Shown: one piece after another, positions 42,733 to 52,888 of the stretch | How positions within the stretch are numbered: position 1 is the stretch's first letter | Layout of the letters: each line of letters starts with the position of its first letter | NCBI GenBank assembly: GCA_963698825.1 | Contig: CAVOSG010000007.1 | Coordinates: 150,548-214,547, forward strand | Source of the DNA: Terriglobia bacterium | Lineage (GTDB): Bacteria > Acidobacteriota > Terriglobia > Terriglobales > Acidobacteriaceae | Direction of reading: 5' to 3' | DNA: 64,000 nt | Program-made: the position numbers and the translations under genes | Notes under the pieces: model-generated | Told to the model about the DNA's origin: nothing | Databases searched by the model: none | Seen by the model: only the letters and a program-made list of their open reading frames with translations

Positions 42733-43563
42733 TTGGCGCACCGTCCAATCATCACGCTGACTACCGACTTTGGGCTCAACGATCACTTCGTGGGCACGAT
42801 CAAGGGCGTCATTCTCAATATTGTTCCCGAAGCCGAGATCGTGGACATCAGCCATTCCGTGCAGGCGTTCGACGTGCTGGATGGCGCGCTTACGATCGCG
42901 CAATCGTATTCCTATTTCCCCACGGGCACCGTGAATCTGGTGGTAGTGGATCCGGGCGTGGGAACGGCGCGGCGGCCCATCCTGGTCAGCAGCGACCGGC
43001 ATCATTTTGTTGCGCCCGACAACGGCGTGCTCTCCATGGTCTACGCCCGGGAAGAGCGATTGCACATCCGTCATGTGACCGCCGAGCACTATTCCCTGCA
43101 GCCGGTGAGCAACACCTTCCATGCGCGCGATATTTTTGCGCCGGTCGCGGCCTGGCTGGCCAAGGGAGTGGACTCGGAAAAATTCGGCGATGAGATCACC
43201 GACTTCGTCCGCTTCAATCCGCCCAAGCCGAAATCGGTAAACGGCAACACCCTGCGCGGCGTGATCCTGAAAGTGGACCGCTTCGGCAACCTGGTGACCA
43301 ACATTACGCCTCAGGACGCACCCATGCTTTTCGCGGCCGAACCGGCGCCCTTCAAGATGGTGGTGGGCAAGCACGAGATTACGGCAATCCTGCCCAACTA
43401 CTCCGAGGGTTCGCCGGGAGAAGTCTTCGGAATCCTGGGCAGCATGGGCTACCTGGAAATCGCTGCCAATCGCGGTTCCGCAGCGAAGATTATTGGGAGT
43501 GGCAAAGGCAGCGAAGTGACCATCTCACTCGAAGGCGCGGCCGCCGCCGGCAACGGGAACTAG
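42733..43563 (+). CDS. SAM hydroxide adenosyltransferase / SAM hydrolase family protein (DUF62)
   Basis: IITLTTDFGLNDHFVGTIKGVI N-terminal motif and overall DUF62 architecture. Confidence 0.7.
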   Translation: MAHRPIITLTTDFGLNDHFVGTIKGVILNIVPEAEIVDISHSVQAFDVLDGALTIAQSYSYFPTGTVNLVVVDPGVGTARRPILVSSDRHHFVAPDNGVLSMVYAREERLHIRHVTAEHYSLQPVSNTFHARDIFAPVAAWLAKGVDSEKFGDEITDFVRFNPPKPKSVNGNTLRGVILKVDRFGNLVTNITPQDAPMLFAAEPAPFKMVVGKHEITAILPNYSEGSPGEVFGILGSMGYLEIAANRGSAAKIIGSGKGSEVTISLEGAAAAGNGN

Positions 43564-43583
43564 GCTCTTAAGAAATCAGGAAC

Positions 43584-43602
43584 CGCGGGCGGGTCGCCCG
43601 CG
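43584..43602. terminator. GC hairpin CGCGGGCG-ggt-CGCCCGCG between convergent genes
   Basis: Perfect 8-bp stem. Confidence 0.4.
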
Positions 43603-43622
43603 ACCACACCACCACGCTTCTA

Positions 43623-43937
43623 CTAGGATCGCTTCTGCGCGGGATGAACGTAACGTTCTATCTCTCCCGTCCATTTCAGAAAGCGCCAGAGGTTATCGCG
43701 CTCCCTCCACATGAACTCCCAGAATTCGAGGAAGCCGATCTGCTGCATCTTGACCCCGCAGTAGGTTTCGACCCGCCACAGCAGATAGGGGCTGCGCCAG
43801 GGGGTAAGGCGATGGCCGCGGGTCGCGTTCCAGATGAATCGAAGCATGGGCGCATCGTTGTTCGTCAGTATAACGCTCGTGACCATAAGGCTCCGCTCTC
43901 GTGGTCCTCGATCGGTCTCGGGCGGTATTTCGGACAA
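43623..43937 (-). CDS. Hypothetical conserved W-rich small protein
   Basis: ORF with LTPWRSPYLLWRVETY...FLEFWEFMWRER segment. No family assigned. Confidence 0.35.
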   Translation of the reverse strand: MSEIPPETDRGPRERSLMVTSVILTNNDAPMLRFIWNATRGHRLTPWRSPYLLWRVETYCGVKMQQIGFLEFWEFMWRERDNLWRFLKWTGEIERYVHPAQKRS

Positions 43938-43996
43938 CCAGTTGATCAGTCTCTAGTTCCCGGTTCTCAGTTAGGACCTGTTAAGATTTCCGCTTC

Positions 43997-44344
43997 ATGA
44001 CCGACGACGCCCGCCAGAAAGCCGAAGACCACTACTACGCCGCGCTCGATCTGGTCGCGGAGGGCGAACAGGAGCGTGCTCTGGCGGAGTATCAAAACTC
44101 CCTGGCCGCCGATCCTGATTTTACCGAGGCCATGCACGGCATGGCCCGCACTCTCCAGGATCTCAATCGCCTGGATGAAGCCATCACCGTGGCCAAGCGA
44201 ATCGCCGAACTTGATCCCGACGATGTGCTGGCCCATACCAGCCTGTCCGTTCTCTACCAGAAAAAGGGCATGATTCCGGAAGCCGAAGCCGAAGCCAATA
44301 AGGCTCGTGTGCTGGGGTGGAAGCAGCAATTGAAGAAGACCTAG
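43997..44344 (+). CDS. Tetratricopeptide-repeat protein (115 aa)
   Basis: Three TPR-like units (ALAEYQNSLAADPDF..., AMHGMARTLQDLNRLDEAI, AKRIAELDPDDVLAHTSLSVLYQKKG). Confidence 0.55.
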   Translation: MTDDARQKAEDHYYAALDLVAEGEQERALAEYQNSLAADPDFTEAMHGMARTLQDLNRLDEAITVAKRIAELDPDDVLAHTSLSVLYQKKGMIPEAEAEANKARVLGWKQQLKKT

Positions 44345-44441
44345 CTCTCAGCCGTCAGCTATCAGCTCTCAGTAAAAGCCCGAATAAGTTATCGCCGCGA
44401 TGGTTTGGCTGAAAGCTGAGAGCTGACGGCTGAGAGCTCAG
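44344..44441. terminator. 30-bp heptamer-array inverted repeat (AGCTCTC AGCCGTC AGCTATC AGCTCTC) between convergent TPR gene and pilR; overlaps the pilR stop
   Basis: agctctcagccgtcagctatcagctctcag ...35 nt... ctgaaagctgagagctgacggctgagagctcag. Confidence 0.6.
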
Positions 44442-45826
44442 AGTTCGTACTTCTTCGCCAAATGCCGGAAGGAACGATAGGAAATTTTCAGCACTTCCGC
44501 CGCGCGGGTCTGCACTCCATTGGATTGCGCCAGCGCGGCCAGCAGCAGCGAGCGCTCAATGTCGGCGACGTACTTCTCCATGTCCAGGCCTTCCGGTAAG
44601 ACCGAGCCGGAAGCGATCGAAGGCGCGCCTCCCACGCCGGCCGCCGCAGCCCGCGCTTTGGACCGTTCCGCGGGAAGCTCAACCGTCAGTTCTTCTCCGG
44701 TCTCCAGGGCGACCGCCCGCTCGATGGTATTTTCCAGCTGGCGCACATTGCCCGGCCAGTCGTAGCCGCACAGAGCGTCCAGCGATTGCGCATGCACCCG
44801 CGCGATGGCCTTGCCGGCCGCCGGAGCATATTTCTTGAGGAAGTGGTTCACCAGCAGCGGAATGTCTTCGCGGCGCTCCCGCAACGGCGGAACCGAAACC
44901 GGAATCACGCTCAAGCGGTAATACAAGTCTTCGCGGAAAGTATTTTCGGCCACCTGCTTATCGAGATCGCGGTTGGTGGCGGCGATCACGCGCACATCAA
45001 TGGGAATCTCGGTCGTGCCGCCCACGGGCCGCACGCTGCGCTCCTGCAATACGCGCAGCAGCTTGACCTGCATGGTCAGCGTCATCTCGCTGATTTCGTC
45101 CAGGAAGATGGTTCCCTGGTCGGCCACTTCAAACAAGCCGCGCTTGTTCTGGTTGGCGCCGGTGAAGGCACCCTTCACGTAGCCGAAGAGTTCGCTCTCC
45201 AGCAGGGTTTCGGGAAAGGCCCCGCAGTTGATGGAGACGAACGGCTCGCTGGCGCGGGGCGAACATACATGCACCGCGCGAGCCACGAGCTCCTTGCCGG
45301 TACCGCTCTCGCCGTAGATCAGGATCGTACTTTGCGTGGACGCCACGGTGCGAATGGTCTGTTTCAGCTTTTCCATCGCCGGGCTCGCGCCGACGATGTT
45401 GTCCAGCGAATTGCGGGTTGCGGCATCGCGTTTGAAGGCAAAATTCTGCCGGCTCAGCGTCATCTTCTCCAGGGCGCGATTGATGGCGAGTTTGATCTCG
45501 TCCACCAGCCCGGGGGACTTGCGGATGTAGTCGGTCGCTCCGCCCGCTTTGACCGCTTCGACGGCGGCTTCATAGTCATCGACTGCAGTGATCAGAATGA
45601 CTGCGGAATCGGGCGAGACCTGGTGCGCATAGCGCAGCACTTCGATGCCGTCGGTATTCGGCATCTTGATATCGGTCACGACCACGTCGTAGATCGCGCT
45701 GTCGAGCTTCTTCTTCGCAACCTCGCCGGAGTTGACGGTTTCGACCTTGTGGCCGTCGCGGCGCAGGGCGATATCGAGCATTTCGCAGATGGAGCGCTCG
45801 TCATCGCAAACCAGGATGTTACCCAT
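44438..45826 (-). CDS. pilR: Sigma-54-dependent Fis-family response regulator (NtrC-like; PilR by context)
   Basis: REC (DDERSICEML...D), AAA+ sigma-54 activator (GESGTGKE...GAFTGA...ESELFGY), C-terminal Fis HTH. 462 aa, intact. Follows pilS in a pilB-T-C-S-R block. Confidence 0.8.
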   Translation of the reverse strand: MGNILVCDDERSICEMLDIALRRDGHKVETVNSGEVAKKKLDSAIYDVVVTDIKMPNTDGIEVLRYAHQVSPDSAVILITAVDDYEAAVEAVKAGGATDYIRKSPGLVDEIKLAINRALEKMTLSRQNFAFKRDAATRNSLDNIVGASPAMEKLKQTIRTVASTQSTILIYGESGTGKELVARAVHVCSPRASEPFVSINCGAFPETLLESELFGYVKGAFTGANQNKRGLFEVADQGTIFLDEISEMTLTMQVKLLRVLQERSVRPVGGTTEIPIDVRVIAATNRDLDKQVAENTFREDLYYRLSVIPVSVPPLRERREDIPLLVNHFLKKYAPAAGKAIARVHAQSLDALCGYDWPGNVRQLENTIERAVALETGEELTVELPAERSKARAAAAGVGGAPSIASGSVLPEGLDMEKYVADIERSLLLAALAQSNGVQTRAAEVLKISYRSFRHLAKKYEL

Positions 45827-47529
45827 GCGCTTTACCTCCGTCCCAGCCGCGGCCGCAACGCCTTCCCTTGCCTCGGGAAGGAACTGGGGTTGCGCGACCG
45901 GCCGTTTCGCCGGTCAGGTTCTCGGCCATTGCCACCCGGCGCAGGCGAAGTACAAAGACGCTGCCTTCTCCCAACTTGGAGCGGGCCCAAACCTTGCCTT
46001 CATGGGCCTGCACGATCTGGTACACGATGGCGAGGCCCAGTCCGGTGCCGCCTTCAAACTGCGACTGGAAGGGCTCGAAGATTTTCTCCACCAGCTGGCG
46101 GCTCATGCCGGGGCCGGTATCGGCAAAGTTGATTTGCCAGTCCTCTCCACCTGCTCCAGCGAGACGCGAAGCACTGCCTCCCGAAACCATGGCGCGCACG
46201 GCGTTCTCGCAAAAATTCCAGAACACCTGTTTGATCTTGTCGCCGTCGGCCAGGGTCAAGGCTTGTTCGAAGTTATAGTTCCGCTCGATGCGGATTCCGG
46301 TGTTCTCCGTCACCAGCCGGTGCTCCAGCAGAGTCAGCGTGTCTTCGAGCAGGGGCAACAGGTCGACGGTGGCGAATTGATATTGTTTGCCGCGGGAGTA
46401 CGCCAGAAAGTCGGTGATGATGCCGTTCAGGCGCTCCGACTCGCGGGTCACGATCTGCAGCAACTGGCGGTGCTCGTCGCTCAGGTCGGCGATGCCGGAG
46501 AGCATGCTCACCGAGCCGGCGATCGAGGTCAGAGGATTGCGGATTTCGTGGGCGATGGCCGCAGCCAGCCGTCCCACGGCCGCCAGGCGGTCCTGCATGC
46601 GCACTTCCCGCTCCAGGCGGCGGATTTCGGTCAGATCATCGAAAGTGTAGACGTAGCCAATCGTCTTTTTGCCGGTCACAGCGAGCGAGGTCGCCATCAC
46701 GCGAAGAGTCTTGCAGAAACCATTCGAGGCAACGAAGCGGACTTCTCCGTGGGTACGCTCCGAATCAGCCGTGGGCAAGGGGTCGAGGAAGAGCTGGGCA
46801 CGGGCTGACCCAGGAAATCACCCTCGGAGCGCTCCAGCAACTTCTGCGCCGCCGTGTTCGCCAGCGTGATATGGCCGTCCAGCCCGGTGGTGATCAGTCC
46901 GCCGCTGATGGACTGAATAATGTTTTCATGCAGCGCCTGCAGGTCTTCCAGCGCCCCGCTGGTGTGCTTCAGCTTTACATCGACCTGGCGCAGCTTGGCC
47001 GCCAGCAATCCCGCCAGATAGGCCACCGCCAGGTAGCCAAACAGATTGACGAAGATGATGGCCTGCAGGGCACCGAGCCCGGGATGCGTAGTGGAATACG
47101 AAGGAATGACTTCGAAGTACGTCAGCTCCAGGACGGCACCATACAGGATGAACGCCAGCGCCGCGGTCAGATACGCCCAGACCCGGGGCAGCAGGATGCA
47201 GGCCACGATGATGACCAGGGGATAGAGAAAGTTCAGCGAACTGTCAACGCCGCCGGTGGCGTAGACCACCAGCGTGACCATCACCAGGTCGGTGATGACT
47301 TGCAGGAGCGACTGGATGCGGCGTTCCTCCCAGAAGGAAAGCAGCAGACGTAGAAAACCGAAATCGTGTACCAGAGCAGAATGACGTTGATGAACAAACG
47401 CAGCGGAGAACGGATTGGGCGTGAGCCGGGCAATGGCCAGTTCAATGCCCAGCAGAAAGGTCAGGATAAGATGCGGACCTTGACCAGCCAGGCCAGCCAA
47501 AGCCGCTCATCGAACATGGATTGCATGCG
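45819..47529 (-). pseudogene. pilS: PAS-domain sensor histidine kinase (PilS-like by context), 2-3 frameshifts
   Basis: N-terminus MQSMFDERLWLAW then, in another frame, AGQGPHLILTF...multi-TM...IIQSISGGLITTGLDGHITLANTAAQKLL (PAS; ORF 46697..47500). Then HisKA/HATPase (AHEIRNPL...GTGLGLAIV; ORF 45819..46778). Confidence 0.65.
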
Positions 47530-47547
47530 AGACCCGAATCCTGAATG

Positions 47548-47617
47548 CTCGGTCGTCAGTCGGCGGTCATCAGCCTTCAGAGAGTGCTGAAGACCGATGA
47601 CCGACGACTGACGACTG
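47548..47617. repeat. Heptamer-array inverted repeat (CGGTCGT CAGTCGG CGGTCAT / ATGACCG ACGACTG ACGACTG) between pilC and pilS
   Basis: ctCGGTCGTCAGTCGGCGGTCATCAGccttcag agagtg ctgaagaccgATGACCGACGACTGACGACTG. Confidence 0.55.
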
Positions 47618-47627
47618 CCCGTAGTAC

Positions 47628-48835
47628 TTAGCCCGCCAGTTTGGCGATCATCGAGAACAGCGGCATGTACAGCGAAATGACGATGCCGCCGATCATGACG
47701 CCCAACAGGCCGATGATGACCGGTTCCAGCATGGCCAGCATGTCTTTGGTGGCGGAGTCGACTTCGTCTTCGTAGAAGTCGGCGATTTTTTGCAGCATGG
47801 CATCCATGGCGCCGGTAGCTTCGCCGACGCCGATCATCTGGGTCACCATGTTGGGGAATACGCCCGATTCCCGCAGCGGATCCACGATGGTGCGGCCTTC
47901 TTCGATGGCCTTGCGCACCTTCATCAGCGCCTCTTCCAGCACGGCGTTGCCGGAGGTCCGGGCCGTAATGCTCAGACCTTCCAGGATGGGCACGCCTGAA
48001 GTGATCAGAGTTCCCAGAGTCCGGGTAAAGCGCGCCACCGCGATCTTGCGCAGCAGCACGCCCAGGATGGGCAACTTCAGCAAGGCGTAGTCGAAGTAGT
48101 AGCGGCCTCTGGGTTCTTGCGAATCTGCTTGACCCCGAAGACGATGCCGACGACACCGACGATGAAAAACCACCAGAACTGGCCGACAAATGCGCTCAGC
48201 CCCATCACGATCCGAGTGGGCAACGGCAGGGCGACGCCCAGGCCGATAAACAAGTTGGCGAAGATGGGGACAACCCACTTCAGCAGCGCGCCCACGATCA
48301 GGAAGGCCAGGCTGACGACCGACACCGGGTAGATCAAGGCTGACTTGACCGCCGCCCGCAGTTTGACCGCCTTCTCGACGTAGATGGCCAGGCGCTGCAG
48401 AATGATGTCGAGAATACCGCCGGTTTCACCGGCCTCGATCATGTTGGTGGTCAGGTCATCGAAGATCTTGGGATAAAGCTTCATGGCATTGGCCAGCGTG
48501 GCGCCACCTTCGACCGTGGTCCGCACGCCCGTCAGCGTCTTCTGGAAGGACTGGTTCTCCTGGTTCGCGGCCAGAATTTCCAGACACTGCACCAGCGGCA
48601 GGCCGGCGTCGATCATGACCGAGAACTGCCGGAAGAAGATGGCGATGTCCTTGGTCTTGACTTTGCCGGTGCCGAAAGTCGGCATGACAAATTCTTTGCC
48701 TTTTTCCCGGATGGCGCCCGGCGTGATGCGCTCGCGCCGCAACTGGGTGGTCAGGACTTGCTTGTTGACTGCCGTCCGCTCCCCGCTGACTTTCTCCCCG
48801 GATGCGTTCTTTCCTGAAAATGTGAAAACTGGCAT
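47628..48835 (-). CDS. pilC: Type II secretion / type IV pilus platform protein GspF/PilC family; one frameshift near 48100
   Basis: ORF 48077..48913 (MPVFTFSGKNASGE...FRQFSVMIDAGLPLVQCLEIL...) and ORF 47628..48278 (...LGTLITSGVPILEGLSITARTSGN...IGVGEATGAMDAMLQKIADFYE) carry the two GspF domains. Confidence 0.75.
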
Positions 48836-48966
48836 GGTAAACCTCTCCTTGCTGCAATTCGCTCTTTCCCGGTCCGCATTCTCCTGACGTCCGGAACCGC
48901 TTCTCACCTCCATCCATCTCTACGACTCACGGCGGCAAAGATGGATGACTGCTTACGTCCGCGCCC

Positions 48967-50094
48967 CTAGCGCTTGCCGGGCGCGGCACCCTTCGCCAAG
49001 GCCGCGGGCTGGTTGCGATTGAGGCCCGCGCCGCGGTTGATCATTTCCTGCAATTCGTCGGTGTTGCTGGAACGCGCCATCGCCACTTCCAGCGTGATCT
49101 GTTTCTGGAAATACGCGGTCGCCAGCGCCTGGTTGAAGGTCTGCATGCCGAACTTGTCCTGGCCGGATTGCATGGACGAATAGATCTGGTGGATCTTGTC
49201 TTCGCGGATCAGGTTGCGGACGGCGGCATTCGGAACCAGGATTTCCATGCACATGGCGCGTCCCTTGCTGTCCGCCTTGGGCAGCAGGCTTTGGCACATG
49301 ATGCCTTCCAGCACCAGCGACAACTGCGCCCGAATCTGCGGCTGCTGGTGGGCCGGAAACACGTCGATGATTCGGTTGATGGTCGAAGACGCCGAGTTGG
49401 TGTGCAGCGTGCCGAAGGTCAAGTGGCCGGTTTCAGCGATACGCAGCGCCGATTCGATGGTTTCCAGATCGCGCATTTCGCCGATCAGCACCACGTCCGG
49501 GTCTTCACGAAGGGCGGCGCGCAAGGCGTCGGCAAAACTCTTGGTGTCAGCGTGCAGTTCGCGCTGGTTCACCACGCAGTTCTTGTTCATGTGAACGAAT
49601 TCGATCGGGTCCTCAATGGTGAGGATGTGGTCGTGGCGCTCGGTGTTGATCTTGTCGATCATGGCGGCCAGAGTGGTGGACTTGCCCGAGCCGGTCGGGC
49701 CCGTCACCAGCACCAGTCCGCGCGGCTTGTCGCACAGCTTGGTCACGATGGCGGGCAGGCCCAGCTGGTTGAAGGACTTGATCTCAAACGGAATCAGACG
49801 GAAGACCGCCGAAGTCGCGCCGCGCTGGTTGAAGATGTTGGCGCGGAAACGGGCCAGGCCCTTCAATCCGAAGGAGAAGTCGAGCTCGAGGTTTTCTTCG
49901 AAGCGATGCTTCTGCGAATCGGTCATGACGCTGTAGGCCAGCTGCTTGGTTTCCGCCGGAGTCATCTGCGGCAGATCGAGCGGCACCAGGTGCCCGTGCA
50001 CGCGAATCTGCGGCGGTGAGTTGGTGGTGATGTGGAGATCGCTTCCCCCCATCTCCAGCAGCCTTTTCAACAGATCACTTAACGAGAGCGACAT
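48967..50094 (-). CDS. pilT: Twitching-motility ATPase PilT (type IV pilus retraction)
   Basis: Walker A GPTGSGKSTT, AVRNLIREDKIHQIYSSMQ PilT signature. 375 aa, intact. Confidence 0.9.
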   Translation of the reverse strand: MSLSLSDLLKRLLEMGGSDLHITTNSPPQIRVHGHLVPLDLPQMTPAETKQLAYSVMTDSQKHRFEENLELDFSFGLKGLARFRANIFNQRGATSAVFRLIPFEIKSFNQLGLPAIVTKLCDKPRGLVLVTGPTGSGKSTTLAAMIDKINTERHDHILTIEDPIEFVHMNKNCVVNQRELHADTKSFADALRAALREDPDVVLIGEMRDLETIESALRIAETGHLTFGTLHTNSASSTINRIIDVFPAHQQPQIRAQLSLVLEGIMCQSLLPKADSKGRAMCMEILVPNAAVRNLIREDKIHQIYSSMQSGQDKFGMQTFNQALATAYFQKQITLEVAMARSSNTDELQEMINRGAGLNRNQPAALAKGAAPGKR

Positions 50095-50120
50095 AGTTTT
50101 CCCCTTTCCTTCTCTGAACT

Positions 50121-51836
50121 CTAGTGAATGGTCTCGCGTGCCACTTCTTCCAGCGTGGTCATGCCGGCCGCAACTTTGATCAATCCGCTGCGGCGCAGCG
50201 TGATCATGCCCCGCTCAATCGCTTTCTTCTTCAACTCCAGCGCCGAAGCGCCCACCAGAACCAGTTCCTTGATCTCGTCGTCCACTTCCATCACTTCGTA
50301 CAAACCGGCGCGGCCCTTGTATCCGGTGTTGTTGCAGGTGCCGCAGCCTTTGCCTTTTTGGATCTTCACCGTCTTGGCTTCTTCCGGCGTGAAGCCTTCT
50401 TCGATCAGCGCCTGCGCCGGCATGTCGATGACTTCCGCGCAGTCCCTGCAAATGCGGCGGACCAGTCGTTGCGCGCAGATCAGGTGGACCGAGGTCGCAA
50501 CCAGGAAAGGCTCAATACCCATGTTCATCAGGCGGGTAATGGTTTCCGGCGCGCCGTTGGTGTGCAGCGTGGAAAGCACCAGGTGGCCGGTAAGGGCGGC
50601 TTTGATGGCGATTTCCGCGGTTTCAAAGTCGCGGATTTCGCCGACCAGAATGATGTTGGGATCCTGCCGCAGGAAAGCGCGCAGCGCGGCCGCAAAGTTC
50701 AAGCCGATCTGTTCCTTCATCTGCACCTGGTTGACGCCGGCCAACTGGAATTCGACCGGATCTTCCGCGGTCATGATGTTGGTGTCGGGCTTGTTCAGGC
50801 GCGCGATGGAAGAATACAGAGTGTTGGTCTTGCCCGATCCCGTGGGCCCGGTGACCAGCACCATGCCGTAGGGCTTCAGAATGGCTTTCTCGAACTTGGT
50901 CAGCGACTCCGGCTCGAAGCCCAGCTTGGTCATATCGAGCCGCAGGTTTTCTTTGTCCAGCAACCGCATCACGATCTTTTCGCCCCACAGCGTGGGCAGC
51001 GTGCTGACGCGGAAGTCGAGCTGCTTCTTGCGTCCGCCCAGGCTCATCTTCAGCATGATGCGGCCGTCCTGCGGCAGGCGCTTTTCGCTGATGTCCAGCT
51101 TCGCCATGATCTTCATGCGCGAGGTGATGGCGTCTTTCAACTTCAGCGGCGGCGACATGATGCTCTGCAGCACGCCGTCAATACGGAAGCGCACGCGGAA
51201 TTCTTTTTCGTACGGCTCCATGTGAATGTCGCTGGCGCCGCGCTTCACCGCGTCGGTCAGCACCAGGTTCACCAGCTTGACGATCGGAGCTTCGTCGGCC
51301 GCCTTCTCCAGGTCGGCCAGGTCCATTTCCGTTTCTTCGGCCTGCAGCTCGACGTCGGCGTCGCCCATCTCGGTCATCGACTGCATGACCTGCTCGAGGT
51401 CTTCCTGCTGGGTGGTGCCGTAGGCCTTCTCGATGCCTTCGAGGATCGAACTCTCGGACGCCACCACCGGCTCAATGTTGAAGCCGGTCATGAACTTGAT
51501 ATCGTCCATGGCGAAGACGTTGGTCGGATCCACCATGGCGATGGTCAGCGAAGCGCCCACGCGGCTGAGCGGCAGAATCTGGTAGCGCTTGGCAGTCTCA
51601 AACGGAATCAGCTTTACGACCGAAGGATCAATTTCAAAGTAGGAGAGATTAATGGCGGGGACGCCGTACTGGCGGGAGAGGAAGTTGGTGACGTCCTCGT
51701 CCGTCAGAAAGCCCAGCTTGACCAAAGCCGAGCCCAGGCGACAATTGGTCTCTTTCTGGACCTTCGTCGCCTGCTCCAACTGCTCCGTGGTAATGACCTT
51801 CTCTTTGACAAGAAGATCACCCAGCCGTTGAGACAT
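50121..51836 (-). CDS. pilB: Type IV pilus assembly ATPase PilB / GspE family
   Basis: N-terminal GSPII_E_N, GPTGSGKTNTLYS Walker A, CxxC...CxxC zinc tetracysteine (CRDCAEV...CGTC). Start at MSQRLGDLL, an internal Met of ORF 50121..51947. Confidence 0.9.
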   Translation of the reverse strand: MSQRLGDLLVKEKVITTEQLEQATKVQKETNCRLGSALVKLGFLTDEDVTNFLSRQYGVPAINLSYFEIDPSVVKLIPFETAKRYQILPLSRVGASLTIAMVDPTNVFAMDDIKFMTGFNIEPVVASESSILEGIEKAYGTTQQEDLEQVMQSMTEMGDADVELQAEETEMDLADLEKAADEAPIVKLVNLVLTDAVKRGASDIHMEPYEKEFRVRFRIDGVLQSIMSPPLKLKDAITSRMKIMAKLDISEKRLPQDGRIMLKMSLGGRKKQLDFRVSTLPTLWGEKIVMRLLDKENLRLDMTKLGFEPESLTKFEKAILKPYGMVLVTGPTGSGKTNTLYSSIARLNKPDTNIMTAEDPVEFQLAGVNQVQMKEQIGLNFAAALRAFLRQDPNIILVGEIRDFETAEIAIKAALTGHLVLSTLHTNGAPETITRLMNMGIEPFLVATSVHLICAQRLVRRICRDCAEVIDMPAQALIEEGFTPEEAKTVKIQKGKGCGTCNNTGYKGRAGLYEVMEVDDEIKELVLVGASALELKKKAIERGMITLRRSGLIKVAAGMTTLEEVARETIH

Positions 51837-52130
51837 ACTTCGATCTCCTATCTGCGTATCAGATAATTTCGGTCTGCGAATGCGCGCGACTAGAGCTGCT
51901 TTTCGAGGGGAGAAGTTGCAGCCTATCGCGTTGACAGAAATTGTCAACGTAACTGGGTTACGGCACCAGTAACTTTAGTGCGTGGGACTAGTGTGTATCG
52001 TCCGCACGCCAGAGATTGAATGCCCGCAGAAACCGCGCGATTACAGGGGAAAGGCCGCGCCGAACGGACAAAATAAGACGAAGATCCGGCAGCGGAGGTG
52101 AAATGACTTCGGTAACAGGGCGAGGTCGGA

Positions 52131-52380
52131 CGGGTGGCCCACTCAAGCCCGGTTTTGGCTTGAGTGGGGATGTTTACGCGTCGCAAATTTTGGGGACAAA
52201 CTACACGGTCCTCCATGCCGTGAGGCTGAAGCGTTTTCGCAACCATGCGACAGGCTGTGAAGGTGACGGCGAAGGTCGAGTCGGGATAGGCGATACGAAA
52301 ACACGCGAGGCCGGCAGGAAGAATCTGTCCGGCAGTAGAACTCCACTCAAGCCAAAACTGGGCCTGAGTGGGCCACCCGT
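52131..52380. mobile_element. MITE-like element: two about 40-nt palindromic hairpins that are reverse complements of each other, flanking about 170 bp of non-coding sequence
   Basis: 52131-52170 cgggtggCCCACTCAAGCCcggttttGGCTTGAGTGGGgatg. 52341-52379 ctCCACTCAAGCCaaaactGGGCCTGAGTGGgccacccg. No intact ORF inside. Confidence 0.45.
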
Positions 52381-52427
52381 CCTCACCTTTGTCCGCATTA
52401 CTATGAGAGAGTGGAGGCTCTTCCCCA

Positions 52428-52888
52428 TGTTCACCCCGCAGCCGGTTGGATTTGTGAGCAGTCCCTACAACGACACTAAAGCGATTCCCAAAGGTCTTAA
52501 CGCCAAGCACGACGCCGAAGGCGTGCTCAAGATTCTGCCCGAGTTTGCGCCGGGGCTCACCGACATCGAGGGCTTCTCGCATCTCTTCGTCATCTGGGAG
52601 TTCGATCGTTCGCCGAAAGAGGAATTGCGTGGTGACAACCTACTTGCCCATCCGCCTTCCGACAATCGACCGCACGGAGTGTTTGCGACGCGGTCGCCGC
52701 GGCGTCCGAACCCGATTGGCTTGACCACCGTCGAACTGCTTCGCCGCGACGGCGTCGAGCTGCACGTGCGGGGCGTCGATATGCTGGATGGGACACCGAT
52801 TCTCGATATCAAGCCCTACCTGTCCAGCATCCCACCTGAGAAGCTGCGGCGGGGATGGCTGGCTGAAGCTGAGGCGCGAAAGAAGTGA
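52428..52888 (+). CDS. trmO: tRNA (t6A37) N6-methyltransferase TrmO/TsaA (YaeB family)
   Basis: MFTPQPVGFVSSPYND...GFSHLFVIWEFD...RPNPIGLTTVELLRRDG...LDGTPILDIKPY. Start at internal Met of ORF 52016..52888. Confidence 0.7.

Noticed and set aside
44786-46808. Plus-strand ORFs of 448 and 358 aa
   Set aside because: Antisense to pilR and pilS. No recognisable domains.
50124-51866. 580-aa plus-strand ORF
   Set aside because: Antisense to pilB (strong GspE motifs on the minus strand). High-GC antisense frames routinely stay open.
52160-52380. tmRNA-like start (GGGGAUGUUUACGCGUCGCAAA...) inside the MITE-like element
   Set aside because: No tRNA-like 3' domain (no GGUUCGAxUCC / CCA end), no resume-codon/tag reading frame ending in a stop with the usual ANDENYALAA-like peptide. 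Similarity is confined to a few nucleotides.
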